Of a stretch of 64,000 nucleotides of DNA, positions 38,535 through 47,940 are shown piece by piece. The stretch's first letter is position 1; every line of letters starts with the position of its first letter. Location: NCBI GenBank assembly GCA_963734545.1, contig CAVTHO010000004.1, forward strand, positions 416,001 to 480,000, written 5' to 3'. A program made the position numbers and the translations under genes. The notes beneath the pieces are model-generated. The model worked only from the letters and a program-made list of their open reading frames with translations, was not told the DNA's origin and ran no database searches. Source of the DNA: an uncultured Spirochaetota bacterium (lineage in GTDB: Bacteria; Spirochaetota; Spirochaetia; SZUA-6; Fen-1364).

Positions 38535-38738
38535 ATGATGATGGAGTACAGGGTCGTCCTGGTCGAATCGGAAGAGGGTTTCTCGGTCAGTTGTCCGGCA
38601 CTTCGAGGATGTCATTCTCAAGGCGCAACCCTTGATGAGGCACTGGAAAACATCAAATCGGCAATCCGTGAATGGTCGGACGCGGAATCAGAAGAAAAGT
38701 CGAAACTCCCCATCATAGAGCGGATCGTCACCGTGTAG
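38535..38738 (+). CDS. hicB: HicB antitoxin
   Basis: SEEGFSVSCPALRGCHSQG.T.DEAL.NI..AI. Confidence 0.9.
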   Translation: MMMEYRVVLVESEEGFSVSCPALRGCHSQGATLDEALENIKSAIREWSDAESEEKSKLPIIERIVTV

Positions 38739-38742
38739 CCCC

Positions 38743-38865
38743 ATGCCGAGGATACCCGGCATCAGCGAAGACGATGCTGTCCGTGCTTTCAACGCGTACA
38801 CCATGGGCGCGATTGCCGCGGATGCAGGATTCGACCCGGAAGAGTTCAAAGATCTGCTCCGCTGA
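38743..38865 (+). pseudogene. hicA: HicA toxin with in-frame internal deletion (40 aa)
   Basis: MPRIPGISEDDAVRAF|NAYTMGAIAADAGFDPEEFKDLLR; N- and C-terminal helices joined, central G-x-H strand region absent. Confidence 0.75.
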
Positions 38866-38904
38866 GGCCTACGGATAGATCTCACCCAAAAACCAGGGCG
38901 GCAG

Positions 38905-39105
38905 CTATTCTATCGTGTTGACTCTGACTTCGTTCGATTGGATCCACTGAAGTGATTGGTTATCGTCCTCGAGCAGGACATAGGTCTTGTAGAATTCTGC
39001 GTTCTCGAAGCGAACTGCGAGGACCTGGTAGATTCTGTCCAGCGCGAAGGTCCGCTCCATGTGGGGACCCTGGATGACCTTGACTGAGAAATTGTGAAAG
39101 TACAT
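38905..39105 (-). CDS. small hypothetical protein (66 aa)
   Basis: AAGGAGG SD; protein-like composition. Confidence 0.6.
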   Translation of the reverse strand: MYFHNFSVKVIQGPHMERTFALDRIYQVLAVRFENAEFYKTYVLLEDDNQSLQWIQSNEVRVNTIE

Positions 39106-39164
39106 CTCTCGTGCCTCCTTGCGTTCGCAGCTCTCATCCTATGCGATAAGCGGGCAGCTATCGA

Positions 39165-39803
39165 TCAGGTAGCTGATAAGCGTGCGGGTAAGGCATTCGA
39201 CTCCGGCGAGGACGGCTTCAGGATCTTGTCGATGAGACCGTACTCGACGGCATCCTCGGCAGACATGTAGTAGTCTCTCTCGAGGTCCTTCTCCACGGTT
39301 TCGGGGGACTTGCCTGTGTGTTGAGCGAAGTACGACACGATGAGCTTTTTGATCCGGATGATCTCCCGGGCCTGGATGCTGATATCCGCTGCCTGGCCGG
39401 ACGTCCCGCCCCAGGGCTGATGGATGAGGATGCGCGAGGAGGGCAGGGCCATCCTCTTGCCCTTGGCGCCGCAGGCGAGAAGCAGGGCCGCCGAGTAGGC
39501 AGCCCCCCCGAGACAGATGGTGTGCACGTCCGGCTTGATGTACTGGATCGTGTCATAGATGGCGAGACCCGCCGTCACCGCGCCACCCGGAGAGTCGATG
39601 TAGAGGTGGATGTCCCTCTCGGGGTCCTGGCTCTCGAGGAACAGGAGCTGGGCCACCACGAGATCTGCGTTCAGGTCGTAGATCTCTCCATCGACGAAGA
39701 CGATCCTGTCTTTGAGGAGCCGGGAGAATATGTCGTAGGCCCGCTCTCCGAGGCCGGTCTGCTCGATGACCATGGGAACGAGATCGAGGTCCTTCTCATC
39801 CAT
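39165..39803 (-). CDS. clpP: ClpP family subunit with atypical active site
   Basis: [30 protein letters not shown]; GGAAYSAA in place of GQAASM. Confidence 0.93.
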   Translation of the reverse strand: MDEKDLDLVPMVIEQTGLGERAYDIFSRLLKDRIVFVDGEIYDLNADLVVAQLLFLESQDPERDIHLYIDSPGGAVTAGLAIYDTIQYIKPDVHTICLGGAAYSAALLLACGAKGKRMALPSSRILIHQPWGGTSGQAADISIQAREIIRIKKLIVSYFAQHTGKSPETVEKDLERDYYMSAEDAVEYGLIDKILKPSSPESNALPARLSAT

Positions 39804-39842
39804 GAAGCCGATGCCTCACCTTCTGCGCATGGCGCGCTCTGA

Positions 39843-40217
39843 TCACCTGGGATAATCGAGAGGCCATCCGGGCGGCAGCTTATAGTCAGTTCTGACCTCT
39901 TCCCAGAGCTGCTCGTTTTGCTCGTTCTCCTCTTCCCCCTCAGCCTTCGCATCTTCTTTCATGATCTCGCTGATTTCGGAACGCTCCATGTCCTCGTGCT
40001 CCTGCACTTTTTCTTCCTGCTCATCGGCGTCATAGTCTATCCATAGCTCTTCCAGCGAGGCATGAAGGTCGATCATTCCTCGATCCAGGTCTGAGAGCCG
40101 CTTGGCACCTTCGGGGTTTGCCGCCTTCATTTCGATAAGGAAGTCTATCGCCGCCTTCAGTGTGGCATGAACGTGCCTTAAGACTTCATCCGCATCTTCT
40201 TGACTATACTCTGCCAT
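39843..40217 (-). CDS. acidic hypothetical protein
   Basis: GAGGGG SD; helical, strongly Asp/Glu-rich ORF. Confidence 0.65.
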   Translation of the reverse strand: MAEYSQEDADEVLRHVHATLKAAIDFLIEMKAANPEGAKRLSDLDRGMIDLHASLEELWIDYDADEQEEKVQEHEDMERSEISEIMKEDAKAEGEEENEQNEQLWEEVRTDYKLPPGWPLDYPR

Positions 40218-40298
40218 TTGCTTCCCCCTCGGCGTATGCGCCGCGCCAGGTCGAAGTTCCTGTTTATTGTATCATGGAACAATAGGCCGCCCCTCCCC

Positions 40299-41912
40299 TC
40301 ACGCGGTCCTGGACAGGTACTCTCCGTAGCCGCCCTCGTACACCCGGAGAGAGCCATGATCGATCTCGAAGACCCGGTTGGAAAGATGCCGCAGGAAATA
40401 CCGGTCGTGGCTGACGATCATCAGCGTGCCGTCAAACGTGGTCAGGGCATCGAGCAGGACTTCACGGCTGGCGATGTCCAGGTGATTGGTCGGCTCGTCC
40501 AGCACGAGGAAGTTGACCGGCAGGGCCAGGATGCAGGCAAGCATCACCCGGCTCTTCTCTCCGCCTGAGAGCACGCCCACCCGCTTGTCCACGTCATCGC
40601 CTGAAAACTGGAAGGCGCCCAGGATGTTCTTGATTGTACCTTCGCCTGCTTTGGGTATGCGTTCCTCGACCTCCTGGAAAATCGTGCGGCTGGGGATGAG
40701 CACATCGCTGGAGTATTGGCTGAAATATCCGATCCTGACCCCGGCCCCGAGCGTGCAGCTCCCGCCTGAGGCCTCTGTCTGACCCGTGACGATCTTCAGG
40801 AGCGTGGACTTGCCCGCGCCGTTGATGCCTGTCAGGGCAACCTTGTCCAGCCGCTTCACCACACCGGTGAGGCCGTGGAACACCGGGAGCAGGGAGCCGT
40901 CGGGAAGGGGCCACGTCTTGGACAGATCGTCCATGCGGACCACTATATCCCCGCTTCGGGCAACTGGCGCGAATCGGACCTTCATCTCTTTGGGATCCGG
41001 CGGAATGACGATCCGCTCGATCTTCTCGATGGTCTTCACCCGGGACTGGACCTGGGCCGCATGTGAGGCCTGGGCCCGGAACCGGTTGATGAACTCCTCT
41101 TCCTTGGCAAGCATCGCTGCCTGGCGCTTCTGGGAGGCAATCAACTGCTCCCGACGGACAGCCCGCTCCTTCACGTAGAAGTCGTAATCGCCCGAATAGG
41201 TGGTGATGGCGCCGGACGCCACCTCCACCGTGCGGCTGCAGACCCGGGTCATGAACTCCCTGTCGTGGCTGGTCATGACAAGGTCACCTCGATATAACGC
41301 GAGCCACTCCTCCAGCCAGACGATGGATTCGAGGTCCAGGTGATTGGTGGGCTCGTCCATGAGGAGGACGTCAGGATCCAGGAGGAGGATGCGCGCAAGG
41401 GCGATACGCATCTTCCAGCCGCCGGAGAAGCTCTCCACCGGCAGGTGGAAACGTTCCTTGCCGATGCCCAGCCCGGTGAGGATGGCTTCTGCCCGGTTCT
41501 CCAGCTCGTAGCCGTTCCCGCGCTGGAACTCCATCTGGAGCTCGCCGTACCTGTTCATGTCCGAGTCGGCAAGCGCGGGGCCGGCAGCGTCCGACATCCG
41601 GTGCTCGAGCGCCGCCATCTCACGGCCCACCTCGTAGACGCGTCCCGCTCCCGCCAGCACCTCTTCCCGCGCGCTGCGGCCGGACATCTCGCCCACTTCC
41701 TGGGAGAAGTAGCCCACCACTGTGCCGGGGTCCATGGATACCGTGCCGCCGTCAGGCTTCTCGAGGCCGCAGATCACCTTGAAGAGAGTAGTCTTGCCCG
41801 CGCCGTTGGGTCCCACCAGGCCGACCTTGTCTCCCGGGCGCAGGAGGAAGTCCTCGTTGTTGAAGATGACGCGTTCGCCGAACGCGAGGTGGATGTGGGA
41901 AAGGTTGACCAT
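40299..41912 (-). CDS. ABC-F family ATP-binding protein
   Basis: Two ABC domains (GPNGAGKT, SGGW, DEPTNHLD; GINGAGKS, LSGGE), no TM segments. Confidence 0.95.
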   Translation of the reverse strand: MVNLSHIHLAFGERVIFNNEDFLLRPGDKVGLVGPNGAGKTTLFKVICGLEKPDGGTVSMDPGTVVGYFSQEVGEMSGRSAREEVLAGAGRVYEVGREMAALEHRMSDAAGPALADSDMNRYGELQMEFQRGNGYELENRAEAILTGLGIGKERFHLPVESFSGGWKMRIALARILLLDPDVLLMDEPTNHLDLESIVWLEEWLALYRGDLVMTSHDREFMTRVCSRTVEVASGAITTYSGDYDFYVKERAVRREQLIASQKRQAAMLAKEEEFINRFRAQASHAAQVQSRVKTIEKIERIVIPPDPKEMKVRFAPVARSGDIVVRMDDLSKTWPLPDGSLLPVFHGLTGVVKRLDKVALTGINGAGKSTLLKIVTGQTEASGGSCTLGAGVRIGYFSQYSSDVLIPSRTIFQEVEERIPKAGEGTIKNILGAFQFSGDDVDKRVGVLSGGEKSRVMLACILALPVNFLVLDEPTNHLDIASREVLLDALTTFDGTLMIVSHDRYFLRHLSNRVFEIDHGSLRVYEGGYGEYLSRTA

Positions 41913-41933
41913 GCATCAGAGCGCGGCAGGCTT

Positions 41934-42380
41934 TCAGCTCTGGTAGGTCAGCTCTATCTGCCTGAGGATCCGATACTCTCCGCCTCTTTGCTGGAAGTAG
42001 AATATCGCTATCTGACTGAATTGCTTCAGCACGTACTGGTAGACGACGATGTCACCTGAGGCGGGAATGAAGCGAAGCGGCTCAGGGTAATTCATGTCGA
42101 TTTTCGACAAGTCCATCGTATCGGACCATTCCTGCTGCCGCTGCCGCATTGCCTCGACTCCGGTCACGATCGATGGCTGGCCCTGGTTGTCATATAGCTG
42201 ATCGGTTATCTCCGGCCAGTAGCACTTTATGTACTCGTCCACGAACTCATTGGAGATTGCCCAGCGCCACTTCGCCATGAGCGCATCGATCTCCTTTTGC
42301 GCGGGGCTCGGCGCCGCAAAAGCTCCGATGGAACCACCCACGATTGCCAGGACGCAGATGAGCACGAACATTCTCTTCAT
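41934..42380 (-). CDS. exported NTF2/SnoaL-like protein
   Basis: Signal peptide MKRMFVL...AFA; GGAGG SD; alpha+beta pattern. Confidence 0.65.
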   Translation of the reverse strand: MKRMFVLICVLAIVGGSIGAFAAPSPAQKEIDALMAKWRWAISNEFVDEYIKCYWPEITDQLYDNQGQPSIVTGVEAMRQRQQEWSDTMDLSKIDMNYPEPLRFIPASGDIVVYQYVLKQFSQIAIFYFQQRGGEYRILRQIELTYQS

Positions 42381-42493
42381 GGAGCGCACCTCCGGATGGC
42401 TCATCATAGCATGGATTTCACCCCCACGCTCGATCGCCTTGAGAAGTTTGTCGAATAATAGTGGACGAAGCGGCCGATGCCCGGGCGCGCCGG

Positions 42494-42808
42494 TCAAAGA
42501 ACGCCGGCGTGCTCCTTGCGGTCCTTCACGAAGAAGAACCACAGTGCGGCCATTTCGATCCCGGCCTCGCCTTCTACGACGTTCTGGATGTCCTTGATGC
42601 TGATGATCTTCTTGCCCTTGTCGTCCTTGACGTCCTTGCCGTCGAATTCCGCCACCTTCTTGCCGTGGTTGTCCCGAATGTTCCTGGCCTGAATTTCCCC
42701 GAACACGGCACCGTTCATGGACCGAATGTTGTTCCGGTCGACTTCCGCGAGCTTCTGGCCCGAGCTCTTCTTTATGAACCGCTTTCCATCAAACGTATAG
42801 TCAGCCAT
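42494..42808 (-). CDS. hypothetical protein with short beta-hairpin repeats
   Basis: Repeated (F/I)D/R..G(K/Q)K(L/V/I) units; GGAG SD. Confidence 0.65.
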   Translation of the reverse strand: MADYTFDGKRFIKKSSGQKLAEVDRNNIRSMNGAVFGEIQARNIRDNHGKKVAEFDGKDVKDDKGKKIISIKDIQNVVEGEAGIEMAALWFFFVKDRKEHAGVL

Positions 42809-42821
42809 TTGTTCCTCCGTT

Positions 42822-44933
42822 TCAAATGTATCCCTGCGCGTCGAGCTCGACAATCGTATAGACTCCGATATTCTTCAGGGTCAGCCTGTCTTTCCGAAGT
42901 GAGACCGAGATTCCGGAATTCTCCGGGAAACTGTGGATCCGGGCGCCTTTCTGCTCGAACGCGAGGTCGAATGAGGCATCCGTGGGATCGATTCTGTGCG
43001 TGCCTGCGTTGTAGTTGTAGTTCACGATGTGCAGGAGGAACCTGCCCGTGTCCCTGTGCACGGCAATACCGAACTTTTCCGAATCTTTCGCGCTGACCAC
43101 TCCCTTGTTTTTCGCCAGCTCGGCAACAAGAAGCCGCATGTCGTGGGCCGCGTAGTTCCCGCAGGACGAGAGAGCTTGAGCGCGCCGCGCCAGGGTGACC
43201 ACGCTGCCGCCGGCCTCTGCGAATGCCTGGACCGCCTTTGCGCTCTGGTCATCCATCATGAACGCATCCGGAACAATCACCTTCTTGTACGGGGAAAGTC
43301 GAGCGGGGGTAAGAGGCTCGTCGGGACTATTGAACAGGACGTTGTACAGGACATGATGATTGCTCAGGCTCTGCACGAGCTCGAAAAAGTTGTGGAACCT
43401 GCCGTCCGCGGCAAACGCGCCCTGCCAGCCCAGCTCCTCCCCTTCAGCAAAATCGACCGGAACCTTCTTCTGGTCATCCGGTTCCGTCAGCAGGTTCTCA
43501 TACGCGGAAAGCGCATCATAGACCACGGCGATATCCGCGCAGGGATTTCGAGGGAAGAGGCTTTCCCGCTCGCTGAGCCAGGAACCGAGCTTCTTCAGCA
43601 CTCTCAGGTCCGGCCAGAAAGCGTCCTTGACCTGGTTCTGAAGCCAGGAACCGTATGGAAACGAGACGTGGAAGCCGTGCGCCAGCGGCTCCAGTGCGAA
43701 CACGATGAACCTGTCATTGATATTGTTCTTGATGTCTTCCAGCATGTCCCTGACATACTGGTTTGGATCTTCGACAAAACAGGATTCTTTTCCATTCAGC
43801 CAGCCAAAGGCGAACTTGTACCAGCCGTCCTGCCGAAGCTCGATGTTCGTCTTCTCTCCTGCAAGGATGTCAAGGTGCTTCTTGCATGCCCACGAATAGG
43901 GATAGCACTGGAAGAGGTTCGCCGTGACCCTCATGGCCTTTCCCCTGGTGCGGGTGGAATACTCGCGCATGTGGCGGGAGAGCTCTCGGACAACCCATTC
44001 AATGCTGGCCATCTGCATGTCGGTGAAATGCCTGAAAAGCGGTACCTTCCACCTGTCATTCCCGTTGGAGGCCACGAGGTCCTTGTCCCGGTATCCCTTG
44101 CCAAGCAGGTACCGTCCGTAGTCGAAGACCGCAATGTCCCCCGCGTCCGGAGGCAGCGGGACAGCATGAGCGGTGATGTACGCCCTGAACTTGTGCATGC
44201 ATTCGCCGCAGAAGCATCCGGCGTTCTGCAGCAGGTGTTTCTGCGTATCATACTCGTCTATGTGCAGTCCGCCCGCGCCGGCGTCACACATCATTTCAAT
44301 GTCGCGCTTCATGTAGCGGAGGTACGACTCCTTGTGGGAGCATGGAGAGTAGCACTTGTGGTCATGGCCCGGAGCCATCAGCCACGCGGAAAGGATATTC
44401 CTCTTTTCAAGGGAGACAGCCTTGAACTCTTCAAGAAAATCCCCGACCTTGTTTCCCTTGTAATCCAGCAGTCCGTCGGGAAAATACTTTTCAATCGGGG
44501 AAAATATCTTCGGGTACGCGTTGGTGGAGAGCTCCCGCATGCCCACATATTTCTTGTTGCGGGAGGCGCCCCTCATGATGTTGAGGGAAAGGAGCTCGGA
44601 CTCGTCGTCGCTGAGCTCGGCTCCGAACTCCCAGAGCTGCGCCTTCCAGAGCACGGAGAAAACCTCTATCCCTCTTTTTGCGCACTCCTGGCAGAACTCC
44701 CTGTCATTGACGAAGCCGTACAACCGCAGCCGCGGGGGTATGACATCGTTCGCCTCGCGATCCAGGTACGGCAGGCCGATTGCCCCGCTGCCCAGGCATG
44801 ACCAGATCAGGGTGTTGGCCTTGATCTCCTCGATGTCCTCGATCATGTGCATGTTCTTCATTGGAAGGCTGGGATGGTAGTTCCACATGTCCCGGAACCA
44901 GCCCATGAAGTACAGACCTCGCAGCATTTTCAT
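42822..44933 (-). CDS. putative glycoside hydrolase (TIM barrel + GH42-like trimerisation domain)
   Basis: GLHIDE, GCFC..C, ADIAVVYD, YKKVIVPD pattern. Confidence 0.6.
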   Translation of the reverse strand: MKMLRGLYFMGWFRDMWNYHPSLPMKNMHMIEDIEEIKANTLIWSCLGSGAIGLPYLDREANDVIPPRLRLYGFVNDREFCQECAKRGIEVFSVLWKAQLWEFGAELSDDESELLSLNIMRGASRNKKYVGMRELSTNAYPKIFSPIEKYFPDGLLDYKGNKVGDFLEEFKAVSLEKRNILSAWLMAPGHDHKCYSPCSHKESYLRYMKRDIEMMCDAGAGGLHIDEYDTQKHLLQNAGCFCGECMHKFRAYITAHAVPLPPDAGDIAVFDYGRYLLGKGYRDKDLVASNGNDRWKVPLFRHFTDMQMASIEWVVRELSRHMREYSTRTRGKAMRVTANLFQCYPYSWACKKHLDILAGEKTNIELRQDGWYKFAFGWLNGKESCFVEDPNQYVRDMLEDIKNNINDRFIVFALEPLAHGFHVSFPYGSWLQNQVKDAFWPDLRVLKKLGSWLSERESLFPRNPCADIAVVYDALSAYENLLTEPDDQKKVPVDFAEGEELGWQGAFAADGRFHNFFELVQSLSNHHVLYNVLFNSPDEPLTPARLSPYKKVIVPDAFMMDDQSAKAVQAFAEAGGSVVTLARRAQALSSCGNYAAHDMRLLVAELAKNKGVVSAKDSEKFGIAVHRDTGRFLLHIVNYNYNAGTHRIDPTDASFDLAFEQKGARIHSFPENSGISVSLRKDRLTLKNIGVYTIVELDAQGYI

Positions 44934-44963
44934 TCCTCCCCTGCCATCGGCGGCCCTGGGCCG

Positions 44964-46277
44964 CTACTTGTGCCTTGCCAGCAGCCACTCATAGAACCCG
45001 GGATCGCTGTAGGTGTCTGTCCAGACATCGTGGCCGTGGTCGGGCCAGTACTTCCAGGTCACGTCGATGCCCGCTTCCTTCATGGCGATCACCGTCTTCT
45101 TCACCGCATCCGGCGGGATGATGGGGTCCATGCCGCCGTTCACGTAGTAGAAAGGCACCGCGGCCGCGGCGCTGTACGGCCGGGTGAGGACCTCGAACCC
45201 CTCCGAGCGAAGCGCGGCCGCATGGCGGATGTCCGCGAAGCTCAGGGGCGCCGCGGCGGCCACCAGCTCGGGATAGCTCAGCACGAACCTGATGGTGGCC
45301 TCTCCGCCCATGCTGAGCCCGGTGACAAGGACGCGGCTGCGGTCAACGCGGTATCGCGAGAACAGCTCCTCCAGGACGCCGCGCATGTACGCAGTGGGGA
45401 AGGATCGGTACTCCCGCGTGTCGCGAAGGCCGGGCGCGGCGATGATGCAGGGAAGGCTGTGCCCCTGCCGGATGTACATGAAAGGGCTGGCCTTGGCCAG
45501 GAGCTCGATGTCGGTGCCGCGGTCCCCTGTCCCGCAGAGAAAGAAGATGAGCGGCCATTCCTTCGGTGACGATGGATCGTACCCGGAAGGCAGGTACTCG
45601 AGGTATCCGGCGCCGAAGCGCGCCAGGTCCTTGTTTTCGAAAGCCCGCGCGTGGATTCCCCTCTCGGCCAGCCATGCCGGGTAGTCCCTGCAGACGGTGA
45701 ACGTGCGGTCACGCGTCAGCCTGACGTCCCATTCAGCCTGGAAGCCCTGGGACGCCTTGAACACGGCCCGACCCATGAGCCCGCCGGACGCCGGGTCGAA
45801 ACGGAAGGTGAGATCAGCGTGGGCGCCGGGCCATGTCGCCTTCCAGTACAGGACGGGCCCGGGCTGCAGATCGACCTTGAAATGGACCTTCTTCATGTCC
45901 CTGGGCTTCTGGAGGTTGGTGCCTGCCCAGAGGAGGGCCGTTCCCTGGCCGTCGGAAATGTCCTGCACAAAAAGGACCACCTTTATGTCCTTCGGAACAG
46001 GGTATCCGTAGTCATACCCTTCCCACCTGCCCATGAACGGCTGAAAGGCGGCCGGCACCGCGGAAGATGCCGCGGTTTTCAGGCTGCCGAAGATGAGCGA
46101 TTCATTGTCGCTTCCATTGAAAGAGGAATGCAGGTCCTGGAAACCGCGCCCCGCCAGGTCTTCCCAGGAGGTGCCGTCGAAGTCAGGCGTCCGCCCGGCG
46201 GCGCTCGGGGTCGACGGCGCTGCCGCGCATGCGGCCAGCAGCAGGCAGGCAAGAACAGGCACCATCATTCTTTTCAT
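44964..46277 (-). CDS. lipoprotein with C-terminal alpha/beta hydrolase (esterase/peptidase)
   Basis: LLLAAC lipobox; GLSMGG, D, GHDVW triad. Confidence 0.82.
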   Translation of the reverse strand: MKRMMVPVLACLLLAACAAAPSTPSAAGRTPDFDGTSWEDLAGRGFQDLHSSFNGSDNESLIFGSLKTAASSAVPAAFQPFMGRWEGYDYGYPVPKDIKVVLFVQDISDGQGTALLWAGTNLQKPRDMKKVHFKVDLQPGPVLYWKATWPGAHADLTFRFDPASGGLMGRAVFKASQGFQAEWDVRLTRDRTFTVCRDYPAWLAERGIHARAFENKDLARFGAGYLEYLPSGYDPSSPKEWPLIFFLCGTGDRGTDIELLAKASPFMYIRQGHSLPCIIAAPGLRDTREYRSFPTAYMRGVLEELFSRYRVDRSRVLVTGLSMGGEATIRFVLSYPELVAAAAPLSFADIRHAAALRSEGFEVLTRPYSAAAAVPFYYVNGGMDPIIPPDAVKKTVIAMKEAGIDVTWKYWPDHGHDVWTDTYSDPGFYEWLLARHK

Positions 46278-46396
46278 GATCCTGAAGGATAGCCGTTTTC
46301 AGGCAGCTTGGCGAAGGGGGCGCCGTGCGGTTTAGCCCCGGAAAAGTGACGCGTTTTTACAATCCCCCGCCCAGGTCCCGGAAGTACATTGGGAGC

Positions 46397-46825
46397 ATGA
46401 AAACCGCATTCACGGCCACGGCCAGGATCACCATAAAGGCGAAAGCCGAAAAGGTCTGGGATGCCCTTACCAATCCCAGGATTATCAAGGAGTACCTGTT
46501 CGGAACCGAGGCAAAGTCCGACTGGAAGGTCGGCAGCCCCATCACGTACAGCGGCGTCTGGGAGGGGAAGCGCTACGAGGACAAGGGCACGATACTCGAG
46601 CTCGTGCCGAACAGGCGTCTTTCCGCCACGTACTGGAGCTCGTTCTCATCCCTTCCGGACCTGCCGGAGAACTACAGCACGGTCACCTACGAGCTTTCGG
46701 AAGCCAGGGGAGAGACGACCCTCACCATCGCCCAGGACAACAACCCGACCAGGGAATCGGCAGACCACTCGCAAGGCAACTGGGAGAAGGTCCTCCAGAC
46801 GATGAAGGCGCTGCTGGAAAAATAG
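46397..46825 (+). CDS. SRPBCC/AHSA1 domain protein
   Basis: KVWDALT.P..IK.YLFG....DWKVG. Confidence 0.88.
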   Translation: MKTAFTATARITIKAKAEKVWDALTNPRIIKEYLFGTEAKSDWKVGSPITYSGVWEGKRYEDKGTILELVPNRRLSATYWSSFSSLPDLPENYSTVTYELSEARGETTLTIAQDNNPTRESADHSQGNWEKVLQTMKALLEK

Positions 46826-46850
46826 GCAGCCCCCGAAAGCTCCGGGCCGA

Positions 46851-47165
46851 TCAGCCTCCCGCGATCAGCTCGAACACGGGCGGGAAAGTGAGCAAAACTC
46901 CCGCTGCCAGGAATATGGCAGAGACGATCACGATCGGCCTGAGCTTGACCTGCCGATCCTTCCAGAGAAGGCCGAGAATAAGCCAGCTCACCAGCCACGC
47001 CGCAACCCCGAGGGTTGTTTTCCCCGAAAGGGCGCCCACGGGCTTCACCCACACGAGCATTGCGCTCACCGCTGCAATTGCCTCGGCCAGCGCCACTACG
47101 ATTCCCGTCACCGCCAGTCCGATTCCGGCCGCCAGGATTGCCGCGGCAGAAGGTCCGTTCTTCAT
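46851..47165 (-). CDS. small 3-TM membrane protein
   Basis: NGPSAAAILAAGIG, VGALSGK, LTFPP; GGAGGG SD. Confidence 0.75.
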   Translation of the reverse strand: MKNGPSAAAILAAGIGLAVTGIVVALAEAIAAVSAMLVWVKPVGALSGKTTLGVAAWLVSWLILGLLWKDRQVKLRPIVIVSAIFLAAGVLLTFPPVFELIAGG

Positions 47166-47178
47166 CTTTCCACCCTCC

Positions 47179-47712
47179 TCAGACAACCGCTGCTTCTTTG
47201 GTGATGATGGCGCCAAGCACCCCGACGATCCCCGCGAGCACAAAGGCGATGCACACGATGACAAAGACCATCCACCGTATCTTCTTCTCTGCCGCAAGCC
47301 GCTCGCCGTATCGGAAGATGAGATAGAGAGCCAGCGTGGCAATGATGGGAACGAGCCATCCCAGGTGCTCCTTCCACTCCATGCCGAAGCTGTGCCAGCC
47401 GCTCAACGCGGGATTGCCAAGAAGCTGGGAGCGCGGGAAGCCGCTCAGGTCGGTCGTTCCCGCGGGCGGCGCCGCCCGGTACCAGGGGTAGACGACGTAG
47501 GTGCCGATGATGACCGCCAGCCACGAAAGTCCGGCAATTGCGGTTCCCGAAATCTTCAACAGGATGACGTTCCTGCGAAGACCCTGCGCGGTAAGAAGCT
47601 GCGGCTGCAAGGTGAGAAGAAGCGCCAGCGCGGCGGTGAAGAAAAGGATGAAGCCAAAACCAAAGGCCATCCCGTGCAGCGCGGTCCATAGTTCCCTGAG
47701 AGTGAATGCCAC
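47179..47712 (-). CDS. 4-TM membrane protein, possible b-type heme binder
   Basis: LHGM, VYPWYR, WHSFGMEWKEH; GTG start after GGGGG. Confidence 0.7.
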   Translation of the reverse strand: MAFTLRELWTALHGMAFGFGFILFFTAALALLLTLQPQLLTAQGLRRNVILLKISGTAIAGLSWLAVIIGTYVVYPWYRAAPPAGTTDLSGFPRSQLLGNPALSGWHSFGMEWKEHLGWLVPIIATLALYLIFRYGERLAAEKKIRWMVFVIVCIAFVLAGIVGVLGAIITKEAAVV

Positions 47713-47940
47713 CGTTCGACCCCCTTCCAGGAGGACTGCTCCTCCGAAGTCCTGTATCAACGCAGGCAAACGCCTGTTCGCCGTCAGACGAAAAGTACTG
47801 AAAATCCAGCCGGGGGAGGCAACGATAATTCTGATATATCTCCCGCTGCAAGCTGCACACCCGGCCTGCGATCTGGCGCCCTCCCCACTGCCCGGGCTAT
47901 ACTCCTGTCGAAGAATCGCTCCGGCCCCAGGGGGGTGCAT

